Virus record (IMG/VR): IMGVR_UViG_3300043466_002666
DNA: 64,000 nucleotides
Strand: one strand, 5' to 3'
Origin: a virus
Part shown: one piece after another, positions 49,625-55,927 of the stretch
How the letters are laid out: every line of letters begins with the position of its first letter
Numbering within the stretch: the first letter of the stretch is position 1
Program-made: the position numbers and the translations under genes
Notes under the pieces: generated by a model
Told to the model about the DNA's origin: nothing
Database searches by the model: none
The model's input: the letters and a program-made list of their open reading frames with translations, nothing else

Positions 49625-49704
49625 GGTCTCGGGGTTGTGGGGGACCGTTTGCCCCCGTTGAAAGAATTATAGAGGGTGGAAGGGCCAGCTGTCAATCAGC
49701 TGGC
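49622..49704 (-). promoter_or_regulatory. early promoter/stem-loop/leader cassette, copy 1
   Basis: GGCCAGCTG-ATTGA-CAGCTGGCC hairpin containing TTGACA (49695-49690), 18 bp, TATAAT (49671-49666), then leader hairpin GGGGGCAAACGGTCCCC. Confidence 0.85.
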
Positions 49705-49713
49705 CTGTATGGG

Positions 49714-49998
49714 TCACCAATCGCTGGGGTCGTACTGATCACAGAGCCAGTCGGCCCGCTCAGCTTCTGTCATTGGCCTAGTGAGGCTGAGCGGGCCGCA
49801 GGCCCAGATCTCAGCTTCCTCGCCTTGCTCAACCGGGCAGGCCCAGCTGAGAATCATCCCAGAGGGGAGATACAGCCACGCCCTGGTGGGCTGGCCAGCC
49901 TTGGTATCCACATAGAGCCAGTGGATCACTGTCTGAAACTTAGGGGGAAGCTGGAGCTGGCCCACGGTGCAAGGGGTGAACAGATCAGCAGTTTGCAT
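49714..49998 (-). CDS. early hypothetical protein; likely start MQTADLF at 49998
   Basis: ORF behind cassette copy 2, with the same CCCGAGACC-ATG leader end as the 49624 gene. Confidence 0.72.
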   Translation of the reverse strand: MQTADLFTPCTVGQLQLPPKFQTVIHWLYVDTKAGQPTRAWLYLPSGMILSWACPVEQGEEAEIWACGPLSLTRPMTEAERADWLCDQYDPSDW

Positions 49999-50081
49999 GG
50001 TCTCGGGTGGTAGTGGGGGACCGTTTGCCCCCGTGATCACAATTGTAGAGGGTGGAAGGGCCAGCCGTCAAGCAGCTGGCC
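49996..50081 (-). promoter_or_regulatory. early promoter/stem-loop/leader cassette, copy 2
   Basis: Near-identical to 49622-49704; TTGACG (50071-50066), 18 bp, TACAAT (50047-50042). Confidence 0.85.
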
Positions 50082-50089
50082 CGATGGGC

Positions 50090-50413
50090 TCAAACTGTGG
50101 CGTTGCGATCCTGGCTCCAGTCCCGGAGCCGGCGAGTGCTGGCCTTGCTGAACACCCGGTCCCCAATGGTGCGGCCATCAGCCAGGGTGATTACAGAGCG
50201 CCCAGCGGCGTCAGCCGCTATCTGCAGAGCCTGGCGGCCAAGCTTGCGCTCTGCAGGCAGAGCGGTGGGGCTCTCCCACAGATCCAGCAACCATTGGGCA
50301 CGATGCCGGCCAACGATGCAGCCGGTTTTGATCGTGACCTTGGCTACTGCCACAGCCACGGGGGTGGGGATGCTGGTGCGGGTGAGGCGGTCAGAGCGGT
50401 TGGGGTTTGCCAT
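50090..50413 (-). CDS. early basic hypothetical protein
   Basis: 107 aa, AGGA SD, own TACAAT -10 at 50461-50456. Confidence 0.72.
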   Translation of the reverse strand: MANPNRSDRLTRTSIPTPVAVAVAKVTIKTGCIVGRHRAQWLLDLWESPTALPAERKLGRQALQIAADAAGRSVITLADGRTIGDRVFSKASTRRLRDWSQDRNATV

Positions 50414-50455
50414 GTTCCTGGGGGTGTGCGGGCTCCTGTCGGCCCGCTTGATGTA

Positions 50456-50516
50456 ATTGTAGGGGATGGGGGGACCCTGCCTATGGGTCAGGCCCCGGAT
50501 TGTTGCAATCTGTCAC
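50456..50516 (-). promoter_or_regulatory. early promoter lacking -35, with HLR1-like direct repeat
   Basis: GTGACAGA-TT-GCAACAAT (50516-50499), 37 bp upstream of TACAAT. Confidence 0.55.
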
Positions 50517-50794
50517 ACTGACGGCAACCCAGCAACCCAGGCTGCTGCAGCCGCCAAGCTGGAGAACTCAGCTCCCACGCTGGGGCATTGCCAGACGCTA
50601 AAGCAGCGGCGCTCCCATTGGCCGGCGTCATTGTGATCGTATGGGGCGTCTACCATAACGCTCACAACCTGATCCACTCGGATCAAGTGAACCCAGCCAC
50701 GGCGGCCCCTGATGGCGGCCTGCCAGTCCCGAACCCAGCGGCGCTGGCCGGGAGCTGGAGAGAAGACGGCTGGGCGGGAAGCTTGGCTGATCAT
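50513..50794 (-). CDS. early hypothetical protein (Trp-rich)
   Basis: 93 aa behind a TATACT -10 at 50824-50819. Confidence 0.68.
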   Translation of the reverse strand: MISQASRPAVFSPAPGQRRWVRDWQAAIRGRRGWVHLIRVDQVVSVMVDAPYDHNDAGQWERRCFSVWQCPSVGAEFSSLAAAAAWVAGLPSV

Positions 50795-50818
50795 GGCTGA
50801 ATGCCTCAGGACTCATTA

Positions 50819-50879
50819 AGTATACAGACTAGGAAGGGCCAGCCGTGGCTGACTGACCCGGTTTGTTGCAAAGCTTAAT
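50819..50879 (-). promoter_or_regulatory. early promoter lacking -35, with HLR1-like direct repeat
   Basis: ATTAAGCT-TT-GCAACAAA (50879-50862), 37 bp upstream of TATACT. Confidence 0.5.
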
Positions 50880-50881
50880 CT

Positions 50882-51640
50882 CTACACTTTGCTGGTGAGA
50901 ATCGGCTGAAGCTCTTTACGATAGCCTCCGAACTTACCAGCCCGGCGGCGTGCAAACAATGCTTTGCCGTAGGTTGAACCTTTAGGCTGGGTTGAATGCA
51001 CAAGCAAAGCAAACGGATTGTCGCCGAAACAGTGGCTATCATCATGATCAACCTCTAAACCCAAAGCCTCAGCTTCCTCGTCATTGTGAACCACTTTACT
51101 ATAACGAGGGAACAAACCTTCGTCGATCATGTGATCGAACTTGCCCCCATAGCTGGCGGTCATGTAGAAGTTAGAAGGCAACTCCAAACCTACAAACAGC
51201 GGCAGGTTCTTGCTGTAGCAGTAGAACTTGAGATCAGGATTAAGCTTGGCAACCTCTAGCCAAGCGAGCAAGTAAGCGAGGCTAAAGAAGTCGCCGGACT
51301 CGTGAATTCTCACCAGCTCGATCCTTTTAGTGCGAGCATTCTGCAGGCTGGTGTTCAACAACTCTACAGCAGTGCTGGCCTTAATCGCATCTGCGATTAG
51401 CTGGAGATTGCGAGCCCGAGAGAAAAACGGGCCATCGTATTGTGCCTCGCTGGTTGCAGCAAAGCACCGAAACTGAGTTTGCGGGCCGTCTTGAATGTGG
51501 CGCTTGCCGTTCTCACCAACAACAGCAAAGCTCAGGCAGAAAAGGGCACCGGGGCAGGTCTTGCCTGCCGGCAGGTTGAAAATCAGAGTTTGCTTGCCAA
51601 GCTTGGCGTTGCCGGTGGAAAAGGTCAGCAGATCAGACAT
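50882..51640 (-). CDS. GP88-family protein (radical-SAM-like, Cys-containing)
   Basis: GNAKL, LPAGKTCPGA..C, CFA, RIHESGDFFS, FYCYSK motifs. Confidence 0.8.
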   Translation of the reverse strand: MSDLLTFSTGNAKLGKQTLIFNLPAGKTCPGALFCLSFAVVGENGKRHIQDGPQTQFRCFAATSEAQYDGPFFSRARNLQLIADAIKASTAVELLNTSLQNARTKRIELVRIHESGDFFSLAYLLAWLEVAKLNPDLKFYCYSKNLPLFVGLELPSNFYMTASYGGKFDHMIDEGLFPRYSKVVHNDEEAEALGLEVDHDDSHCFGDNPFALLVHSTQPKGSTYGKALFARRRAGKFGGYRKELQPILTSKV

Positions 51641-51667
51641 GGGTCTGTGTCGGTGGTTGACTTGAAA

Positions 51668-51719
51668 ATCTTAGCAGGTGGGAAGGGCCAGGCTGGCCGG
51701 CCCTGTAACAAAATGAAAT
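51668..51719 (-). promoter_or_regulatory. early promoter lacking -35, with HLR1-like direct repeat
   Basis: ATTTCATT-TT-GTTACAGG (51719-51702), 28 bp upstream of TAAGAT, which carries a TG extension. Confidence 0.6.
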
Positions 51720-51720
51720 A

Positions 51721-51885
51721 CTATACTTTAGCCAGGCAATTGTCGATAAAGACAAACAGCTCGCCCAGGTCAATGGTAGAGTTAACCCAGCGAACAGCAG
51801 AGCCATATTCAGCCAAGAATTCATCAGCAACTAGACACCCAGCTGCAAAGTCTAGGGCTTCAAAATAGCTTAGGGTCGGGTTCAT
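51721..51885 (-). CDS. early small hypothetical protein (54 aa, not in ORF track)
   Basis: MNPTLSYFEALDFAAGCLVADEFLAEYGSAVRWVNSTIDLGELFVFIDNCLAKV behind a TAGGAT -10. Confidence 0.7.
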   Translation of the reverse strand: MNPTLSYFEALDFAAGCLVADEFLAEYGSAVRWVNSTIDLGELFVFIDNCLAKV

Positions 51886-51909
51886 TGGTGTGCCTGCAAG
51901 TGCCTGTTA

Positions 51910-51961
51910 ATCCTACAGCAATGGGTGAGCCCGAAGACTCACCCATGTAACATTATGTAAT
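51910..51961 (-). promoter_or_regulatory. early promoter lacking -35, with near-consensus HLR1 repeat and UUCG hairpin
   Basis: ATTACATA-AT-GTTACATG (51961-51944), 28 bp upstream of TAGGAT; spacer is the hairpin TGGGTGAGTC-TTCG-GGCTCACCCA. Confidence 0.65.
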
Positions 51962-51963
51962 AT

Positions 51964-52155
51964 CTACATCTCCAGCTGCCAATCTTGGTCTTTAAGTATA
52001 TTTACCCAAAAGAAGTTTCGTCCATTCATACTACGCAGGAACACTTTGTCTCCTTTGTGTTGTTCTACAATACAATGTTCGCATGATTCCATTAGATTAG
52101 CGAACCTGTTTTTAGCTTTCTTTGAGATTGGCTTAACCGAAATCATCGGATCCAT
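51964..52155 (-). CDS. conserved cyanophage-type small hypothetical protein
   Basis: 63 aa, PISKKAKNRFANLM...CIVEQ...FFWV. Confidence 0.75.
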   Translation of the reverse strand: MDPMISVKPISKKAKNRFANLMESCEHCIVEQHKGDKVFLRSMNGRNFFWVNILKDQDWQLEM

Positions 52156-52185
52156 GATGAGACTTTGCGATTGATTATGCTTAAT

Positions 52186-52236
52186 AATTTAAGCATGATG
52201 AGAGCAGCAATGAGTTCAGCTGTCACAATTTGTTAT
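52186..52236 (-). promoter_or_regulatory. early promoter lacking -35, with HLR1-like direct repeat
   Basis: ATAACAAA-TT-GTGACAGC (52236-52219), about 27 bp upstream of TAAATT. Confidence 0.5.
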
Positions 52237-52283
52237 AGTTAATAATTTGGTGGGGAGTTGCCTCCCCGTGTATAGTTAATAAT

Positions 52284-52547
52284 TTAGACAGTAACAGTTA
52301 CTAATTCTTCAGTCTTTCGGCCATCAGCAATGGTAGAACCAATGCTAACATCTTTCAGCATCTGATCATTAGTAAGCAAATCACTCAGGAATTGTGCATA
52401 AGACTCACTACATGTGAATGTGTATGCTTTGTCTACATTGCTGTGATAAGTGATAATAATATCAGTATTGTCTACAGTAATGGAATGAATGGCACTGGAC
52501 TGTTCTTTAGTAAACTGACGGTGAACAGGAGAGATTGCAACGGTCAT
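52284..52547 (-). CDS. KTSC-like small protein; likely start MTVAISP at 52547
   Basis: SSAIHSI...IIITY...AYTF...SIG pattern; the upstream annotated part overlaps its promoter. Confidence 0.6.
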   Translation of the reverse strand: MTVAISPVHRQFTKEQSSAIHSITVDNTDIIITYHSNVDKAYTFTCSESYAQFLSDLLTNDQMLKDVSIGSTIADGRKTEELVTVTV

Positions 52548-52577
52548 GGTGTTCTGTGTGTTGTGTGTACAGTTAAT

Positions 52578-52633
52578 AATGTAGCTGGTGGGGGCTGAGG
52601 TTGTCAACCCCTTTGGGCCAGTTTCAGAATTGG
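52578..52633 (-). promoter_or_regulatory. early promoter cassette (duplicated at 52921-52976)
   Basis: TTGACA-18-TACATT plus upstream CCAGTT-N4-AATTGG; about 52-bp near-identical copy at 52921. Confidence 0.82.
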
Positions 52634-52758
52634 ATCTCGTCTAGAGTTGGCTCTGCAGAGTTTGTATCATCGTCTGCAGTCAACATGTCCAGAATCGAGA
52701 GAATCTCATTGCCAGTTTGGCCTTTACGAAGCATTGAAATCAGAACTGCTGTAGACAT
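52624..52758 (-). CDS. early small hypothetical protein (44 aa, not in ORF track)
   Basis: MSTAVLISMLRKGQTGNEILSILDMLTADDDTNSAEPTLDEIQF. Confidence 0.7.
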   Translation of the reverse strand: MSTAVLISMLRKGQTGNEILSILDMLTADDDTNSAEPTLDEIQF

Positions 52759-52763
52759 AATAA

Positions 52764-52898
52764 TCAATAATCGTAGTTGGAGTTAATGAAAGCAACAAAA
52801 TGTTGCTGGGCTTCGGCATCATCATCAGCAGGAATCAGCATATCATCCTGCCAATCATAAACCTCAGCTTCAAGTTCAACGAAATCGTAGGTGTCCAT
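52764..52898 (-). CDS. early highly acidic micro-protein (44 aa, not in ORF track)
   Basis: MDTYDFVELEAEVYDWQDDMLIPADDDAEAQQHFVAFINSNYDY; first gene behind the 52921-52950 promoter. Confidence 0.7.
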   Translation of the reverse strand: MDTYDFVELEAEVYDWQDDMLIPADDDAEAQQHFVAFINSNYDY

Positions 52899-52920
52899 TG
52901 GTTCAGTAGTGAACATTGAT

Positions 52921-52976
52921 AATGTAGCTGGTAGGGGTTGGACTTGTCAACCCCTTTGGGCCGGTTTCAGAACTGT
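52921..52976 (-). promoter_or_regulatory. early promoter cassette, second copy
   Basis: TTGACA (52950-52945), 18 bp, TACATT; CCGGTT-N4-AACTGT 10 bp upstream of the -35. Confidence 0.82.
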
Positions 52977-53143
52977 CAGTCTAGGCAACCGTTGGCGTTC
53001 AGCCAGCCAGCACACCAGCCCTCACCAGTGTAGCATCCGACATAGTAGTTGCCAATTGAAATACCAAACTGTTCTTCCATGTGGTAGGTATTCTTCAGAT
53101 CCCAACCGAGATAGAAGAACTTGGTGTGAATGGAGAATTTCAT
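52976..53143 (-). CDS. early small hypothetical protein (55 aa, not in ORF track)
   Basis: MKFSIHTKFFYLGWDLKNTYHMEEQFGISIGNYYVGCYTGEGWCAGWLNANGCLD behind its own promoter. Confidence 0.7.
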   Translation of the reverse strand: MKFSIHTKFFYLGWDLKNTYHMEEQFGISIGNYYVGCYTGEGWCAGWLNANGCLD

Positions 53144-53166
53144 GGTCTTGTGTGGTTGACTTGTTC

Positions 53167-53222
53167 AGTATGGCATGGGTTGGGGGCTGGTGTCAACCCC
53201 CTGATTGATTAGTAATACTAAT
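53167..53222 (-). promoter_or_regulatory. early promoter with LysR-type box
   Basis: TTGACA (53196-53191), 18 bp, TGc-CATACT; ATTAG-N5-CTAAT at 53208-53222. Confidence 0.75.
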
Positions 53223-53404
53223 CAGACATCATAACAGAGGTATTCCATCATCTCTTCTTTATACATTGCAGTCTCAGCTTCAGTGTTAAATTTAACACCT
53301 GCGAGGAAGTTGTAATGGTCAACCCAAGATGCACACCATGTCATTTTGTAGTCATGATTTGCAACTGAGTTGTACTGATTGCAAGTGTCGAGAATCAGAG
53401 CCAT
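53222..53404 (-). CDS. early small hypothetical protein
   Basis: 60 aa behind a TTGACA-17-TAAGTT promoter. Confidence 0.7.
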   Translation of the reverse strand: MALILDTCNQYNSVANHDYKMTWCASWVDHYNFLAGVKFNTEAETAMYKEEMMEYLCYDV

Positions 53405-53431
53405 TGGAGTGGTTCAGAAGTGAACAAAGGT

Positions 53432-53508
53432 AACTTAACCGATTTTCAGGGTCCTGTCAACCCTCTGACTGATTAGCTGTCCTTATGGTGTTGATAAGGG
53501 TTGCTAAT
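53432..53508 (-). promoter_or_regulatory. early promoter with tandem LysR-type boxes
   Basis: TTGACA (53460-53455), 17 bp, TAAGTT; boxes at 53472-53486 and 53494-53508. Confidence 0.7.
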
Positions 53509-53666
53509 TCAGTTTCATCTAATCCCAGAACATATTCTTCAATTACATTCTCCATGAATGTGTAGTTGTTACTATAGAGCTGTTCTTGTAGCAGTTCGAT
53601 AGCTTCGTCTTGATTCATGGAATGTAGATTAAAGAAACTAATCACTTCAGTGTAGTCAACCATCAA
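53457..53666 (-). CDS. acidic small hypothetical protein
   Basis: 69-aa helical acidic ORF. Confidence 0.65.
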   Translation of the reverse strand: MMVDYTEVISFFNLHSMNQDEAIELLQEQLYSNNYTFMENVIEEYVLGLDETELATLINTIRTANQSEG

Positions 53667-53809
53667 TAATCACTCCCATCATTATAATGATCATAATTAG
53701 CCATTACAGCTGCAATAGCATTATAATAACCCGCCTGGGAGTTATCATAAAAGATCTTTGCTAGTGATGCAATTAGGGCTTCCAAAGAAGGTCTCTCAGG
53801 GACATATGC

Positions 53810-53910
53810 AATATAGGCCATTTTCGGGTGCCTGTCAAGTGGTGAATGATTAGCAATGCTTATGGGTGTATGATGTATAGTTAATAATCTCTGATATTAG
53901 CAATACTAAT
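53810..53910 (-). promoter_or_regulatory. early promoter with LysR-type boxes
   Basis: TTGACA (53838-53833), 17 bp, TATATT; boxes at 53849-53863 and 53896-53910. Confidence 0.7.
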
Positions 53911-53975
53911 CGGAGGGGCTCGGAATGATTTGGAGTCCTTATGGGTTTTTTGATGGGTTTTTTGGGCCGGGGGGC

Positions 53976-54004
53976 TTGACAAATTCGGCGTGATGTGGTA
54001 TACT
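53976..54004 (+). promoter_or_regulatory. strong plus-strand sigma70-type promoter
   Basis: TTGACA-17-TATACT with TG extension; two ATGGGTTTTTTG repeats (53941-53964) just upstream. Confidence 0.85.
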
Positions 54005-54009
54005 GCGGG

Positions 54010-54170
54010 CCAAGACTGCTGAACCTCCGAACCTTTCTGAGACAATCAGACACATTCGGAGGTATACAGTATATACTTAATAATCTATCACATATACTTG
54101 GAGGTATACAGTATATACTTAATAATCTATCACATATACTTGGAGGTATACAGTATATACTTAATAATTC
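54010..54170 (+). ncRNA. putative structured non-coding RNA or origin primer transcript
   Basis: Downstream of a consensus promoter with no credible ORF; stems ACCTCCGAA/TTCGGAGGT and TCTGA/TCAGA, then tandem repeats. Confidence 0.45.
54058..54168. repeat. 42-bp tandem repeat, about 2.6 copies
   Basis: GGAGGTATACAGTATATACTTAATAATCTATCACATATACTT at 54058 and 54100, partial copy at 54142. Confidence 0.95.
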
Positions 54171-54230
54171 TCTCTCTCTATACACATCACAAACTTATAT
54201 TTTTTATTACATTTAATATAATGTTAATAA

Positions 54231-54830
54231 TTACTTATATCCATACTCACCTTTCCGCATCACTTCTATCCATCTATTCAATCCATCAATGATTCTTTGA
54301 TCTGTTTCTTGTGGTAGATAATAATCTTGTATACACTTTATCTTTGCATTGAGATATGCTTGATATGCTTCTTCTAATGTATAAAAATACCCAAGATGAA
54401 CTCGTTTTGCATTCATATAAATTTTGACATAAAATGGTTTAGTTTTGTTGGTATTAACTCGACTAACTCCAGTTACATATTTGGTAGTAGATTTACGATG
54501 TAAAAGAAGGTTTAATCGTTGGTCTACAAATACACATTTATCTGGTCCATAAACTTTATTGCCAGGATACATTATATCCTTATCTAATTGTTTACCTAGT
54601 ACATTACCTTGCTCTAGATACCATTTTCTGAAATTGGAGAATGTATGCCATTCTGGTGTTACACTACAACCTTCATAAGATGAATACCTAGGATTGTTAG
54701 AATAGCACCTTTCTAGCATTTTCGACCAACTACTATAGGCAGGACAGAATACACTTTTACCATTTATACATGGTCGAACAGTATAATCAGCATCATTAAC
54801 ACCTATCCCACACACAAGTTTTTTCTTCAT
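54231..54830 (-). CDS. HNH-type homing endonuclease with AP2-like C-terminal domain
   Basis: GIGVND, YSSWSKMLERCY, EWHTFSNF, QLDKDI...Y.PDKCVFV...N, HLGYF...EAYQAY. Confidence 0.82.
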   Translation of the reverse strand: MKKKLVCGIGVNDADYTVRPCINGKSVFCPAYSSWSKMLERCYSNNPRYSSYEGCSVTPEWHTFSNFRKWYLEQGNVLGKQLDKDIMYPGNKVYGPDKCVFVDQRLNLLLHRKSTTKYVTGVSRVNTNKTKPFYVKIYMNAKRVHLGYFYTLEEAYQAYLNAKIKCIQDYYLPQETDQRIIDGLNRWIEVMRKGEYGYK

Positions 54831-54834
54831 AAGT

Positions 54835-55173
54835 TCATTTCTTTTTGTTGGTTAGTTCAATTCGCTTTATGATTTCTGCTTGTTCGTCTTCTCTATCTGC
54901 TTCTGCCTTCTTGTTAGCATGATACCTTGCTACTCTATCTCTTTCTGCCTGTAGTCTTTCTTTTTGACTTTGATTTAATTGCCTTTGTCTTTCTGATACA
55001 TCTTCACCGAGTTTGTATTCTCTTGGGCCTCGGTCTGGATTTTTGTCAATATACTTCTGCACTGCCTTAGCACCGATTCCACCTTGTTTCTTTAATTGCT
55101 TCTCGATGTGCTTCTTAGAGTACAATGGTTTGACTTTCTTTGCTTCTTCTAGAAATTGCTTAAAAGTAATCAT
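54835..55173 (-). CDS. probable internal head protein with capsid-targeting-like N-terminus
   Basis: MITFKQFLEE resembles the T4 IP targeting sequence MKTYQEFIAE; CTAAATA late core at about 55207-55201. Confidence 0.7.
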   Translation of the reverse strand: MITFKQFLEEAKKVKPLYSKKHIEKQLKKQGGIGAKAVQKYIDKNPDRGPREYKLGEDVSERQRQLNQSQKERLQAERDRVARYHANKKAEADREDEQAEIIKRIELTNKKK

Positions 55174-55221
55174 TTTGAATGTTTTTGAAGGGCTATGATG
55201 TATTTAGTTGGAATGGGAGTT

Positions 55222-55368
55222 TTAGTGTGAAAAACTAGTGTTTTTTGGTCGTAAATACTGAGCTTTGAGGTGGTTCAGAGATTGCTTCCTAGCCTTGAGT
55301 TTGCCTTTGCAGGTGCCTTTTGTGCTTTTTGGTTTGTTAGAGTGATGTTGCCAATTTGGTGTTATCAT
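55222..55368 (-). CDS. small basic hypothetical protein (48 aa, not in ORF track)
   Basis: MITPNWQHHSNKPKSTKGTCKGKLKARKQSLNHLKAQYLRPKNTSFSH. Confidence 0.6.
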   Translation of the reverse strand: MITPNWQHHSNKPKSTKGTCKGKLKARKQSLNHLKAQYLRPKNTSFSH

Positions 55369-55499
55369 GGGATTTTGAAATAAAAACCACTCTGGTGTGG
55401 AGTGGTTGATGTTTGCTTATTTAGTTTTGGTATAGGTATGATAGGTACCAAAGATCTTAATAGTTTTTGGCTTTGGATTGTGGTGATAGGGTTTTTTAC

Positions 55500-55772
55500 T
55501 CATAGTGTTTGTACCTCGTTCAGAATGTTGTTAATGTCAGTTTCATCTTGGTGGCCTAATACATCTTCCGTGATAGGTGTATCATAGCACAGTTCATATT
55601 TATCTGGTGTGCCTTTCAGAATAGCTATTTCATATAGATCATCTTGAAATCCATAGGAACCAGGAAAGCGTACTACAGATACACCATAACCATTAGGGAA
55701 AAAGTGTACTGCCTGAATGCCATCATCCTTGAAATACGGATGTGATTCAAAGTTCAAATCAGTGAAGTTCAT
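55500..55772 (-). CDS. conserved phage hypothetical protein; likely start MNFTDL at 55772
   Basis: FPNGYGVSVV...SYG...LYEIAIL...YDTPITEDVLG. Confidence 0.75.
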   Translation of the reverse strand: MNFTDLNFESHPYFKDDGIQAVHFFPNGYGVSVVRFPGSYGFQDDLYEIAILKGTPDKYELCYDTPITEDVLGHQDETDINNILNEVQTL

Positions 55773-55927
55773 TTGCAGTGATGGTGATTGGGATATTTCA
55801 TGCAATACACTTGATGTACTGCTCGATATTCTGTGTCTATCAGTTTACCATTATCACGAAGAACAGCAAGAGTATTCCAACCAATGATAATAGCAAAAGC
55901 ACAAATAGCAGTTGGAATCAGTTTCAT
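55769..55927 (-). CDS. small membrane protein; likely start MKLIPT at 55927
   Basis: Hydrophobic N-terminal segment; ATGA coupling with neighbours. Confidence 0.6.
   Translation of the reverse strand: MKLIPTAICAFAIIIGWNTLAVLRDNGKLIDTEYRAVHQVYCMKYPNHHHCK

Noticed and set aside
51633-51830. Track ORF of 65 aa (MLMNSWL...)
   Set aside because: It crosses the GP88 promoter; the alternative frame 51721-51885 fits the promoter and leader architecture better.
49213-51868. Plus-strand ORFs in the GC island (e.g. 49967-50521, 50052-50456, 51440-51868)
   Set aside because: Shadow ORFs expected in GC-rich DNA; all promoters and leaders point to the minus strand.
52585-52592. E. coli Chi site GCTGGTGG
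   Set aside because: A single occurrence inside a promoter spacer, not kept in the duplicate cassette, and not relevant to a cyanobacterial host.
53665-53821. Possible ORF MAYIAYVPERPSLEAL...NDGSDY
   Set aside because: Its ATG lies inside the promoter spacer. A shorter TTG-start version may be real, but the start cannot be fixed, so it was not called.
48740-53900. GC island as host contamination or an IS/prophage insertion
   Set aside because: No transposase, integrase or host housekeeping genes; same strand as the phage genes; its promoter motifs continue into the AT-richer region up to 59.9 kb and GC fades gradually. A chimera at the left junction cannot be excluded without reads.
54058-54168. 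CRISPR mini-array
   Set aside because: The units are contiguous exact tandem copies with no unique spacers, and no cas genes are present in the window.
53850-54292. ORFs 53850-54185 (-), 53995-54216 (+) and 54098-54292 (+)
   Set aside because: They are translations of the 42-bp repeat (a multiple of 3) and overlap promoter elements; there is no support for coding.
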